Source of the DNA: Opitutia bacterium | GTDB lineage: Bacteria > Verrucomicrobiota > Verrucomicrobiia > Opitutales > T3Sed10-336 | DNA length: 64,000 nucleotides | Assembly (NCBI GenBank): GCA_050506795.1 | Contig: JBJHCF010000007.1 | Coordinates: forward strand, 32,001 to 96,000 | Reading direction: 5' to 3' | In this document: positions 27,684-36,825 of the stretch, piece by piece | How the letters are laid out: each line of letters starts with the position of its first letter | Numbering within the stretch: the stretch's first letter is position 1 | Program-made: the position numbers and the translations under genes | Notes under the pieces: generated by a model | What the model saw: the letters and a program-made list of their open reading frames with translations, nothing else | Database searches by the model: none | Told to the model about the DNA's origin: nothing

Positions 27684-28747
27684 GCGCACAACTCCCCACC
27701 GGACCCCAGGCGGACGAACTCGCCTCCTCCGCGCCGGATCGTCTCGAGGGCGCGCGCCAGACCGTGGCGATCCGCGCCACCGGAGCCTACACCCCGGAGA
27801 AGGTCCTGACCAACAACGAGCTCACCCACCTGGTGGACACGAGTGACGAGTGGATTGTCACCCGCACCGGGATCCGGGAAAGACGAATCGCCGCCCCGGA
27901 TGAAACCGCTGCCGACATGGCCGTCCAGGCCGGAGCCAGGGCGATCGAGAAAGCCGGGCTGTCCCCGGCGGATATCGATCTGGTGATCGTGGCCACCATT
28001 ACTCCGGACATGCCTTTCCCCTCGACCGCCTGCCTGGTGCAGACACGGCTGGGAATGCGGGACGTCTGCGCTTTCGACGTTGAAGCAGCCTGTTCCGGCT
28101 TTATTTACATCACCGAAATCGCCACCGCCATGCTGCAAAGCGGCCGCTTCCGGCACGCCCTGATCATCGGCACCGAAAAGCTCTCTTCCATCCTGGACTG
28201 GAACGACCGCTCGACCTGCGTCCTGTTCGGCGACGGCGCCGGCGCGGCGGTTTTGAGCCGGGGCGAACAACATGGCAGCGGCTCTCTGAGCGTTCTGGAC
28301 ACCCGGCTCGGGGCTGACGGCGCGGCCTCGAACATCCTGTACATGCCGGGCGGCGGTTCACGCATTCCGGCCAGCGCGGCCTCGCTGGCCGCCGGTCACC
28401 ACTTCCTCAAAATGAACGGCCGGGAAGTATTCAAGATCGCCATCCGCATCATGGAACAGGCGACCCGGGACATCCTGGCGCGAAACGATGTCCCCCTGGA
28501 GCGTGTGGCCTGCATAATACCCCACCAGGCCAATTCCCGCATCATTGAAATGCTGTCGGAACGGATGCAGGTGCCGATGAATCGTTTTCACGTCAATCTG
28601 GACCGCCTCGGCAACACCTCCGCGGCCTCGGTTCCGCTGGCCCTGGACGAAGTCCTGGCGCAAGGTAGAATCGCCCCGGGAGAATACGCCGTTCTGGTCG
28701 CCTTTGGCGCCGGCCTCACCTGGGGTGCGACCCTGTTGAGAGGTTGA
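27680..28747 (+). CDS. fabH: 3-oxoacyl-ACP synthase III
   Basis: DTSDEWI, AACSGF, FGDGAGA, PHQAN, GNTSAAS, AFGAGLTWG. Confidence 0.95.
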   Translation: MSAQLPTGPQADELASSAPDRLEGARQTVAIRATGAYTPEKVLTNNELTHLVDTSDEWIVTRTGIRERRIAAPDETAADMAVQAGARAIEKAGLSPADIDLVIVATITPDMPFPSTACLVQTRLGMRDVCAFDVEAACSGFIYITEIATAMLQSGRFRHALIIGTEKLSSILDWNDRSTCVLFGDGAGAAVLSRGEQHGSGSLSVLDTRLGADGAASNILYMPGGGSRIPASAASLAAGHHFLKMNGREVFKIAIRIMEQATRDILARNDVPLERVACIIPHQANSRIIEMLSERMQVPMNRFHVNLDRLGNTSAASVPLALDEVLAQGRIAPGEYAVLVAFGAGLTWGATLLRG

Positions 28748-28849
28748 GCCCGTCATCGCAGCCCAACTCAATCACCGGCGTCAAGACCCGTTATCACCAA
28801 CAGCGAGTCGTTCTCCGGGAAGGTGCGGCTCGGCCCTGAAGTGAACGAA

Positions 28850-29740
28850 TTATCGGTCACCCCCACCCAGAAGCCCCCACATGTTCCGCCCGAGTACCAG
28901 ACGTTTTTCCTCGTCCGTCAGCCCGGCCGATTCGATGTCGCGCAGAAACCTCCGGAAGTCCGGCGCGCTCTGTTCTCGGGGATAAAGGCGCAACGGGTAG
29001 TCCGAACCATACAGCACGCGCTCCGGTCCAATCCGATCGATCACGGCACGAAAAATTTCCTTGTCATACAAAAGCGGGCTGGCCGCGGTATCATAATAAA
29101 CATTACGGATTCGACCACCCACCCACCGGTTCAACTCGAAAAATGGCAACAGCCCCCCCCAGTGAGCTAAAATCAGCTTGAGGTTCGGGAACCGCTCGGC
29201 GAGCCCGACCAAGTCGTCGAGTGATTCCTGCAACCGTCCCGGGTGGCGACGGCCTACCGGTTCGTTGACGTGCAGGTTAACCGGCACTTCCAGCGAGACC
29301 GCCCGCTCCACCACCGCCATCCACCCGGGGTCCTCCAGGGAAAAGCCCTGAGCAGCAGGAGAAAGCTCGCCCAGCCCGCAGAGGCCGGCTTCGACCGCGC
29401 GCTGCAGTTCGTCCGCCGCGGCTGCGCCGGCCCGCGGCTGGACCGTGGCGAAAGCCCGCAGACGATCGGGATGCCGTTTTACCCACTCGAGATGCCAGTT
29501 ATTTTGCTCGATGCAGGTGTCCTGATGCTCCCAGTACCAGCCCAAAAGCACCGCCTGCTCCACGCCGGCCGCATCCATGTCGGCCAAGAGGGTATCGACA
29601 TCCGGCCACCCCTGCAGGCTCGGCCCGGACAACGGCGCCGCCAGTTCGGCCCAGTGACGCTCACCCCGAGACGCCGACCACCCCCGCGGATCAACGGCCA
29701 CTTCTGGCGGATAAAGGTGAACGTGGCAATCGATGATCAT
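28850..29740 (-). CDS. Amidohydrolase family protein (Amidohydro_2)
   Basis: IDCHVH, LAHWGG, YYDTAA, YGSDYP. Confidence 0.88.
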   Translation of the reverse strand: MIIDCHVHLYPPEVAVDPRGWSASRGERHWAELAAPLSGPSLQGWPDVDTLLADMDAAGVEQAVLLGWYWEHQDTCIEQNNWHLEWVKRHPDRLRAFATVQPRAGAAAADELQRAVEAGLCGLGELSPAAQGFSLEDPGWMAVVERAVSLEVPVNLHVNEPVGRRHPGRLQESLDDLVGLAERFPNLKLILAHWGGLLPFFELNRWVGGRIRNVYYDTAASPLLYDKEIFRAVIDRIGPERVLYGSDYPLRLYPREQSAPDFRRFLRDIESAGLTDEEKRLVLGRNMWGLLGGGDR

Positions 29741-29916
29741 GGAGGAAGGCTGCCGTTTTCAAGGGACGTCGTCAATCCGACCGACGCCCGCCCGGTCTGA
29801 CAATCTCCGCTTTCCGCTTTATTTCCGGCCGCTTTTTTCGTACAACGAATCCACGCTGCGGTTCGCCCTGACGGACGCCGATCAGCGCCATCCATTTCGG
29901 CATCCATCGTCCCTTA

Positions 29917-31392
29917 ATGAATTCAACGAAGGCTTACATCCTCGACACCAACGTTCTGCTGCATGATCCCCACGCCCTCTACAAGTTTGAAGAACACCAT
30001 GTAATCCTCCCGGTGGAAGTGCTCGAAGAACTTGACCGGTTCAAGAGCGATCCCAGTGAAAAAGGGCGCAACGCGCGGCATGTGCACCGCGAACTCAAGA
30101 AGCGCTTCGGCGACTCCACCGCCGCATCGATGGTGGAAGGCGCCGACCTGCCCACCGGCGGCAAACTGTCGGTGTTGGTCAATAAATACCTCTTAAACAC
30201 GAGCCGCAAACGACACAGCGCGGGCATGAAACGCCTGCTGACCGTCTTTCCCGACATGGCCAAGATGGATAATCGTATTCTGGCCTGCACGCTTTTCGTC
30301 ACCGAGACCTCGGGAAAACCGGCCACGCTGGTGACCAAGGACATCAACATGCTGCTCAAGGCCCTGGCGGTCGATCTCCGCGCCGAGGACTACCTCAACG
30401 ACAAGGTAAAAGAGCGTTTTGGAGAGAATGGAGACGATTTTTACTCCTCGATCGAAATCAGCAGGCATGAGATGCAACGGTTCGGATCCGAGGGCGAAAT
30501 CACCCTGCCGGCGACCCGGGTAAACGGCATGGCGATCAACGAGTACGCCTTGTTGCAGACCTCGGATGGCGGTGTTTTTCCCTCTCGCTACCTCGGCGCC
30601 GCCTCCTTTCGGAGGCTCGCGTTGCCGAGTCACCTCCAGCCCCCCGGCGGCATCGCGATAAAGCCCCGCAATCTGGAGCAACAGTTCCTGATGGATGCGC
30701 TGCTCGATCCCGATATCTCTCTGGTCACTTGCTACGGCAAGGCGGGCACCGGAAAAACCATCGTGAGCACCGCCTGCGCGCTTCATTTGATGGGACAACA
30801 GCATTACGAAGGCGTCAGTATTTCCCGGCCGGTTATTTCCATGGGCAAGGAAATCGGCTACCTGCCGGGAGATATCAATGACAAGATGACGCCTTGGCTG
30901 CAACCCTATCACGATGCCCTGAGCGTGATCTACCCGATGCACGAGAACCGGAATCCCGGGTTCGCCGACAAACGGGTTTCCCGGCGCCCCAAAAAAAACG
31001 CCAAGAAAAAATCCTCCTCCGACAGCTCCGCCCTGAATGGTGGATCGGCTTACCCCAAACCTTACCAGGAACTGATCGCTTCCGGCCTGCTGGAAATCGA
31101 AGCGCTGACCTTTATTCGCGGCCGTTCCATTCCGCGGCGGTTTTTCATCCTGGACGAAGCCCAACAACTGACGCCCCACGAGGTAAAGACGGTGGTCAGC
31201 CGCATGAGCGAAGGCTCAAAGATCATTCTGCTCGGCGACCCGACCCAAATCGACAATCCGTACGTCGATTCTCAGTCCAATGGCCTGGTCTACGCCAAAA
31301 ACAAACTGCGCGATCAATCCCTGGCCTCTCACGTCAAACTCACTAAAGGCGAACGAAGCCCGCTGGCGGAGCTGGCGGTGACGCTGATGTGA
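29917..31392 (+). CDS. PIN-PhoH (PhoH2-type) ATPase
   Basis: N-terminal PIN LDTNVLLHDP, DNRIL, TKDIN; PhoH GKAGTGKT, GYLPG, RGRS, DEAQ, GDPTQID. Confidence 0.9.
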   Translation: MNSTKAYILDTNVLLHDPHALYKFEEHHVILPVEVLEELDRFKSDPSEKGRNARHVHRELKKRFGDSTAASMVEGADLPTGGKLSVLVNKYLLNTSRKRHSAGMKRLLTVFPDMAKMDNRILACTLFVTETSGKPATLVTKDINMLLKALAVDLRAEDYLNDKVKERFGENGDDFYSSIEISRHEMQRFGSEGEITLPATRVNGMAINEYALLQTSDGGVFPSRYLGAASFRRLALPSHLQPPGGIAIKPRNLEQQFLMDALLDPDISLVTCYGKAGTGKTIVSTACALHLMGQQHYEGVSISRPVISMGKEIGYLPGDINDKMTPWLQPYHDALSVIYPMHENRNPGFADKRVSRRPKKNAKKKSSSDSSALNGGSAYPKPYQELIASGLLEIEALTFIRGRSIPRRFFILDEAQQLTPHEVKTVVSRMSEGSKIILLGDPTQIDNPYVDSQSNGLVYAKNKLRDQSLASHVKLTKGERSPLAELAVTLM

Positions 31393-31443
31393 TCCCACCG
31401 GGCAGCCCCTTATCACCCGGGGGGACAGAAAATAGCATCTTTT

Positions 31444-31458
31444 TTAGAATAATTCTTG
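31444..31458. promoter_or_regulatory. Fur/PerR-like operator upstream of fur-suf
   Basis: TTAGAAT-A-ATTCTTG, a near 7-1-7 inverted repeat in an AT-rich patch 35 nt before the Fur-family gene. Confidence 0.55.
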
Positions 31459-31492
31459 ATATTAATCCAAAAACACCGATAGGTACAGGATC

Positions 31493-31939
31493 GTGAACCG
31501 AATCAATAATCAACGGCAGACTGTCCTGGACCGCACGCTGTCCCGGAGCGGATTGCGTATGACCCGACAAAGACAGACGGTTTACGACACTCTCATGGAC
31601 CAGCGGGACCACCCGACCGCCGACGAGGTGTTCAGCCGGGTGAAACGAACCATGCCCACCATTTCGCTTGCCACCGTTTACAATTGCCTGGAAAAACTGG
31701 TGGATTGCGGTTTGGTGCGACAGGTCAACCGCGACCGCGAGTCCACCCGCTACTGCGCCAATCTTAAGGAGCACGGCCATTTCTATTGCCGCCAATGCGG
31801 TTCGGTGCACGACATCGACCTGCCTTCCGGACAGCCCGCCGATCTGGGGCTCGCGCTTCCCGAGGGATTTCGGGTCGACCACCTGGACGTGAATCTTCGC
31901 GGAGTCTGTCCGGAGTGCGGAGCCAAACAACAATCCTGA
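31493..31939 (+). CDS. Fur-family transcriptional regulator (PerR-like)
   Basis: HPTADEV, SLATVYN, HGHFYCxxC, C-terminal CxxC; GTG start. Confidence 0.9.
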   Translation: MNRINNQRQTVLDRTLSRSGLRMTRQRQTVYDTLMDQRDHPTADEVFSRVKRTMPTISLATVYNCLEKLVDCGLVRQVNRDRESTRYCANLKEHGHFYCRQCGSVHDIDLPSGQPADLGLALPEGFRVDHLDVNLRGVCPECGAKQQS

Positions 31940-31957
31940 AAAGGACTATTTCAAATC

Positions 31958-32728
31958 ATGAGCAAACAACTGGAAATCAAAAACCTGAGCGTCAACGTCG
32001 AGGGGACCCAAATCATCAGGAACCTCAGCCTAACCGTTCCGCGCGGAGAAGTGCATGCCCTTATGGGACCGAACGGAACCGGAAAGAGCACACTGGCGAA
32101 AGTACTTGCCGGCCACCCGGACTACGAAGTCACTTCCGGAGAGGTGCTCCTGGACGGGGAGAACATTCTCGATATGGAGGTGGATGAGCGCGCGCGCAGC
32201 GGCCTTTTTATGGCGTTCCAATACCCCAGCGAGATTCCCGGGGTGAGCATCGCCAATTTCCTGCGCGCCGCCAGACAGGCCCGCCTCGAAGAGGGCGAGG
32301 AACTCGACGCCGTCTCGTTTTACAAAACGCTTTACGAAAAGATGGACCTGCTGCAGATCGACCGGAAGTTTACGTCGCGGGCGGTCAACGAAGGCTTTTC
32401 CGGCGGCGAAAAGAAACGGAATGAGATCCTGCAAATGGCGATGCTGGAGCCCAGTTACGCCATTATGGACGAGACCGACAGCGGCCTCGACATCGACGCC
32501 CTGCGGATTGTTTCCGAAGGGGTCAACCGGCTGCGAGGTCCGAACCTGGGAGTCCTCCTCATCACCCATTACCAGCGAATCCTGGACTACATCGTACCCG
32601 ACCACGTCCATGTCATGTGGAACGGCACCATCGTCAAAAGCGGCGGCAAAGAACTCGCCCGCGAGCTGGAGGAAAAAGGCTACGACTGGATCAAAGAAGC
32701 TTTCGCCGAGCCCGCCGGCAAGGCCTGA
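31958..32728 (+). CDS. sufC: Fe-S cluster assembly ATPase
   Basis: [44 protein letters not shown]. Confidence 0.95.
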   Translation: MSKQLEIKNLSVNVEGTQIIRNLSLTVPRGEVHALMGPNGTGKSTLAKVLAGHPDYEVTSGEVLLDGENILDMEVDERARSGLFMAFQYPSEIPGVSIANFLRAARQARLEEGEELDAVSFYKTLYEKMDLLQIDRKFTSRAVNEGFSGGEKKRNEILQMAMLEPSYAIMDETDSGLDIDALRIVSEGVNRLRGPNLGVLLITHYQRILDYIVPDHVHVMWNGTIVKSGGKELARELEEKGYDWIKEAFAEPAGKA

Positions 32729-32767
32729 GCGAGGGCGCTAACACCAATTACAAGAAGAGGCATTTCC

Positions 32768-34180
32768 ATGAGCACCACCAACACTCCCGAACTCGACATC
32801 AAAACCGATATCGGGGATTTCGTTTATCCGGAAAAGCACAAGTACGACGCCGGTGTCGGTCTGTCTGAAGACACCATCAACTACATGTGCGAGGTCAAGG
32901 ACGAGCCGGACTGGATCCGCGAGTTTCGTATGAAGGCCCTGAAAACCTTCCGCGAAAAACCGCTGCCCACGAACTGGGCCTCGAGGGACCTGGAGGCGAT
33001 CGACTTCGACAAAATCCGCTACTACCTGGCGGGCGACCGGAAGCCGAGTCGCAGTTGGGACGAAGTGCCGGACGATGTCAAAGCAACCTTTGAGCGTTTG
33101 GGGATCCCGGAAAACGAACGCAAGTTCCTCGCCGGCGTGGAGGCGCAATTCGACAGCGAGGCGGCCTACTCCAACATCAAGGAAATCGCCGCCAAGCAAG
33201 GAGTGATCTTTGTCGGCAGCACGGAGGGACTGAAGGAACACCCTGAGATCTTCCGCAAGTGGTTCGGCAAGGTGATTCCGACCGGAGACAACAAGTTCAG
33301 CGCCCTTAACAGCGCTGTCTTCAGCGGCGGCAGCTTCATCTACGTCCCGCCCGGAGTGAAAGTCAGTCACCCGCTCCAAGCCTACTTCCGTATCAATGCT
33401 CAGAATTTCGGTCAGTTCGAGCGAACTCTGATCATCGCCGACGAGGGCTCCGAGGTCACCTACATGGAGGGCTGCACGGCGCCCAAATTCGACACCGCAA
33501 CCCTTCATAGCGCGGTGGTGGAGTTGGTCGCGCTCAAGGGAGCCAAAATCCAATACATCACGGTCCAGAACTGGTCCGACAATGTCTTCAACCTCGTTAC
33601 CAAACGCGGACTGGCCGAGGAGGACGCAGAAATCCGCTGGATTGATTGCAACATCGGCTCACGCCTGACCATGAAATACCCCGGGGTGATTCTCAAGGGT
33701 CGCCGGGCACGGGGTGAGGTTCTCAGCATCGCCCTGGCCAATGACGGGCAGCACCAGGATACCGGAGCCAAGATGATTCACGCGGCGGATGAAACCACTA
33801 GTAACATCATCTCGAAAAGCATCAGTGTCGGGCAAGGGCGCGCCACCTACCGAGGTTTGGTAAACATGCCCAAACACCTGAAGGGCTGCAAGAACAACAC
33901 CGAGTGCGATGCCTTGCTGATTAACACCAATTCCCGCACGGACACCTATCCGGCGATCACCACGCGGGGCGACCACAACTCCGTCCAGCACGAGGCCAGC
34001 GTCAGCAAGGTGAGTGCCGACCAGATCTTTTATATGCAGCAACGCGGCATGACCGAAGGGCAGGCCATGAGCCTCAGCGTCAATGGCTTCATCAATGATC
34101 TGGCTCAGCATTTCCCCATGGAATACAGCGTTGAACTGAAACGCCTCATCGACCTTGAGATGGAAGGCTCGGTCGGCTGA
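32768..34180 (+). CDS. sufB: Fe-S cluster assembly protein SufB
   Basis: [42 protein letters not shown]. Confidence 0.95.
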   Translation: MSTTNTPELDIKTDIGDFVYPEKHKYDAGVGLSEDTINYMCEVKDEPDWIREFRMKALKTFREKPLPTNWASRDLEAIDFDKIRYYLAGDRKPSRSWDEVPDDVKATFERLGIPENERKFLAGVEAQFDSEAAYSNIKEIAAKQGVIFVGSTEGLKEHPEIFRKWFGKVIPTGDNKFSALNSAVFSGGSFIYVPPGVKVSHPLQAYFRINAQNFGQFERTLIIADEGSEVTYMEGCTAPKFDTATLHSAVVELVALKGAKIQYITVQNWSDNVFNLVTKRGLAEEDAEIRWIDCNIGSRLTMKYPGVILKGRRARGEVLSIALANDGQHQDTGAKMIHAADETTSNIISKSISVGQGRATYRGLVNMPKHLKGCKNNTECDALLINTNSRTDTYPAITTRGDHNSVQHEASVSKVSADQIFYMQQRGMTEGQAMSLSVNGFINDLAQHFPMEYSVELKRLIDLEMEGSVG

Positions 34181-34263
34181 CCGGCCACAACCGGAACCGC
34201 GGCCATCCGAAACCGTCCCGGTTGTGCCGCGCACGCGATTCACCTAAAACCGATTTACACGCC

Positions 34264-35607
34264 TTGAACACAAACACATTGTCTCGCACCAAAGAACTGA
34301 ACATTGCCAGCCAGGAAGCCTTCGACGCCCATCTGGCTTCAAGGGTCGACCTGCCGCAATGGTGGCTGGACCTGAAAAAAGAAAACTGGCAGCGTTTCCA
34401 GGAACTTCCGGCGCCACACCGCAAAGACGAAAACTGGCGTTTTGCCAGCCTCGGAGGGCTCGACCTGGACGGCTATTCGTTCAGTGAAACCCGACCGGAC
34501 AAAACCACGGCCGATTCGTTCGTCGATCGATCCGATCAGATCCGCCATCGCTCCGGGCGAATTGTTTTTGCCAACGACCACATGATCCGTCACGACGCGA
34601 TCGCGTCAGAACTCGCCGAACTCGGTGTGATCTGGATGCCCATCGAGCAGGCCGTGCGCGAACACGGGGACCTCCTGCGACGCCACTTCATGGCCCAACC
34701 GATTAAGCTCGGTTCGGAAAAGTTTTCCGCCCTCCACGGAGCGTTTTGCTCAGCCGGAACCTTCCTCCACGTTCCCAAAGGTGTCGAAATCGAAGCCCCC
34801 CTTGTCGCCTCCCACTGGACCGCGGCCGACGGCGTTGCCGTTTTCCCTCACACGCTCCTGATCGCGGACGAGCACAGCAAGGTCACTCTGGTCGACTATT
34901 TTTCCGCCCAGGATTCCTCCGCACGCAACTACATCTGTGGAGTCAACGACCTCTATGCCGGTCCGGGAGCGAAGGTAACCTACATTTCGGCGCAGGATTG
35001 GGGTCGCCAGAGCCTGGCGTTTCACCTGAACTCAACCCAAGCCTTCAGAGACGCCTTCATCACCTCGCTGAATGTCAATACGGGAGGCCGGCAGGCGCGC
35101 ACCGAAAGCCACAGTCAGGTAATGGGCGAAGGCGCTCACACGGAAATGCAGTCATTAACGGTCGCCACCGGAAAACAGGAATTCGACCAGCGGACCCTGC
35201 AAACCCACTTTAAAGGGCATTCGGTTTCGGACCTGCTCTACAAGAACGCGCTGTTCGACGACGCTCGAACCATCTTCTCCGGCTTGATTAAGGTGGAAGA
35301 GGATGCGCAACAAACCGATGCCTACCAGACAAATCGCAATCTCCTACTCAGCACCTCGGCCGAAGCCAACGCCCTGCCCGGTTTGGAAATTCTGGCAAAT
35401 GACGTCAAATGCAGTCATGGCGCCACCTCCGGTCAAATAGACGACAATCAGCTTTACTACCTCAAGGCACGTGGAATTTCCGACAAGGTCGCCAAGGAGC
35501 TTTTGGTTTTTGGTTTCTTCGACGATGTTCTCGGAAAACTGAAAAACGAAGAAATTGCCGAAAATCTTAGAACCGTAATCCGTGAACATGTCTCCCGGAT
35601 TCCCTGA
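34264..35607 (+). CDS. sufD: Fe-S cluster assembly protein SufD
   Basis: [29 protein letters not shown]; start uncertain (TTG 34264 or 34222). Confidence 0.9.
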   Translation: MNTNTLSRTKELNIASQEAFDAHLASRVDLPQWWLDLKKENWQRFQELPAPHRKDENWRFASLGGLDLDGYSFSETRPDKTTADSFVDRSDQIRHRSGRIVFANDHMIRHDAIASELAELGVIWMPIEQAVREHGDLLRRHFMAQPIKLGSEKFSALHGAFCSAGTFLHVPKGVEIEAPLVASHWTAADGVAVFPHTLLIADEHSKVTLVDYFSAQDSSARNYICGVNDLYAGPGAKVTYISAQDWGRQSLAFHLNSTQAFRDAFITSLNVNTGGRQARTESHSQVMGEGAHTEMQSLTVATGKQEFDQRTLQTHFKGHSVSDLLYKNALFDDARTIFSGLIKVEEDAQQTDAYQTNRNLLLSTSAEANALPGLEILANDVKCSHGATSGQIDDNQLYYLKARGISDKVAKELLVFGFFDDVLGKLKNEEIAENLRTVIREHVSRIP

Positions 35608-35617
35608 AAGACGGACC

Positions 35618-36169
35618 ATGGAAGATCAGAATCGCCGAATCTTAAGTCGAGACTGCGAAGCGGTACTTATTCCCGGCGGGGAATCCGTATCCCTTCCCAA
35701 GGAAACCACCGTTATCATCAGCCAGGTGCTTGGAGGGAGTTACACCGTGATGACTCCTCACGGCCTTGCGCGCATCAGCGGTGAGAACGCCGACGCTCTC
35801 GGCGAGGAGCCACAGCCGTTTATGGCTGCTCCGGCCGCAACCGAGCACGATGGACCACCGAGCGAAGAGGCGCTCTGGGAGCAACTTCGAAACGTCTATG
35901 ACCCGGAAATTCCGGTAAACATTGTGGACCTCGGTTTGGTGTATTCCTGTGAAGTTAGCGAAACCGGTCCCGATTTCCATCGGGTTGACGTTAAAATGAC
36001 CCTCACTGCGCCCGGTTGCGGAATGGGCCCGGCAATCGCCGCCGACGCCAAGGCCAAGGTATTGAGCGTGCCCGGCGTGAAAGACGCGGAAGTCGAAATC
36101 GTCTGGGATCCTCCCTGGAATCAGGAAATGATTACCGAAGAAGGGAAAATGAAGCTCGGACTGATCTAA
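35618..36169 (+). CDS. sufT: Fe-S assembly protein SufT (DUF59)
   Basis: [31 protein letters not shown]. Confidence 0.9.
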   Translation: MEDQNRRILSRDCEAVLIPGGESVSLPKETTVIISQVLGGSYTVMTPHGLARISGENADALGEEPQPFMAAPAATEHDGPPSEEALWEQLRNVYDPEIPVNIVDLGLVYSCEVSETGPDFHRVDVKMTLTAPGCGMGPAIAADAKAKVLSVPGVKDAEVEIVWDPPWNQEMITEEGKMKLGLI

Positions 36170-36381
36170 CCCGGATTCCGGCGACCGCCTATCGGCATTC
36201 CCAATGGCACTGTGAAGCCTAAAAGGCCCTACCTGGCAATATCCGTTGGGGTCAAGATGTCCTGAGGTTCCCCGATAAAGCCGATCAGCCAAACGGTCTT
36301 TGTGAAATCAGCAATAGATCTATCTTTTCCTCTTGCCTGCATTGATTCCGCCCATTTTAATTATCCTTTTTCCCGAGACAC

Positions 36382-36582
36382 ATGGAGAACGAAACCAATC
36401 ACAATCAGCAATCCAGCCGCAGCCCGTCGGAGATCCCTTTCACCGACCGTGAGGCACTGGCTCAATATGTTACCGATACCGGCAAGATCCTTCCTCGCCG
36501 TATCACTCAGCTTTCCGCCAAGGAACAGCGCCAGGTTACCCGCATGATTAAAAGGGCACGCAACGCCCTGCTCATGAAGTAG
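36382..36582 (+). CDS. rpsR: 30S ribosomal protein S18 (Cys-less form)
   Basis: [22 protein letters not shown]. Confidence 0.9.
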   Translation: MENETNHNQQSSRSPSEIPFTDREALAQYVTDTGKILPRRITQLSAKEQRQVTRMIKRARNALLMK

Positions 36583-36603
36583 TTTCACCTTCCTGGACTT
36601 ACT

Positions 36604-36638
36604 AAAAGCGCGCGGCAATCTCCGTGCGCTTTTTTTTT
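36604..36638 (+). terminator. Intrinsic terminator after rpsR
   Basis: agcgcgcgg/ccgtgcgct stem followed by a long T run. Confidence 0.85.
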
Positions 36639-36750
36639 GGCCCCATTTATCCGATTTCAAAAGATTAAGGGACCGCCACGGACCGGTTCGCTCCACAACT
36701 CCTTTTTTCGGTAAGCCAAGGCGAAACCGGTGCCAATCCGCAACCCAAGC

Positions 36751-36785
36751 AAAAGGGCGGGACTCTCCTAAGAATCCCGCCCTTT
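36751..36785 (-). terminator. Intrinsic terminator after wzc
   Basis: aaagggcggga/tcccgcccttt stem with T tail on the minus strand. Confidence 0.75.
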
Positions 36786-36825
36786 GCAGATTAACTGTCC
36801 GGATCGCGCGAGGGCGAAGTGGAGC

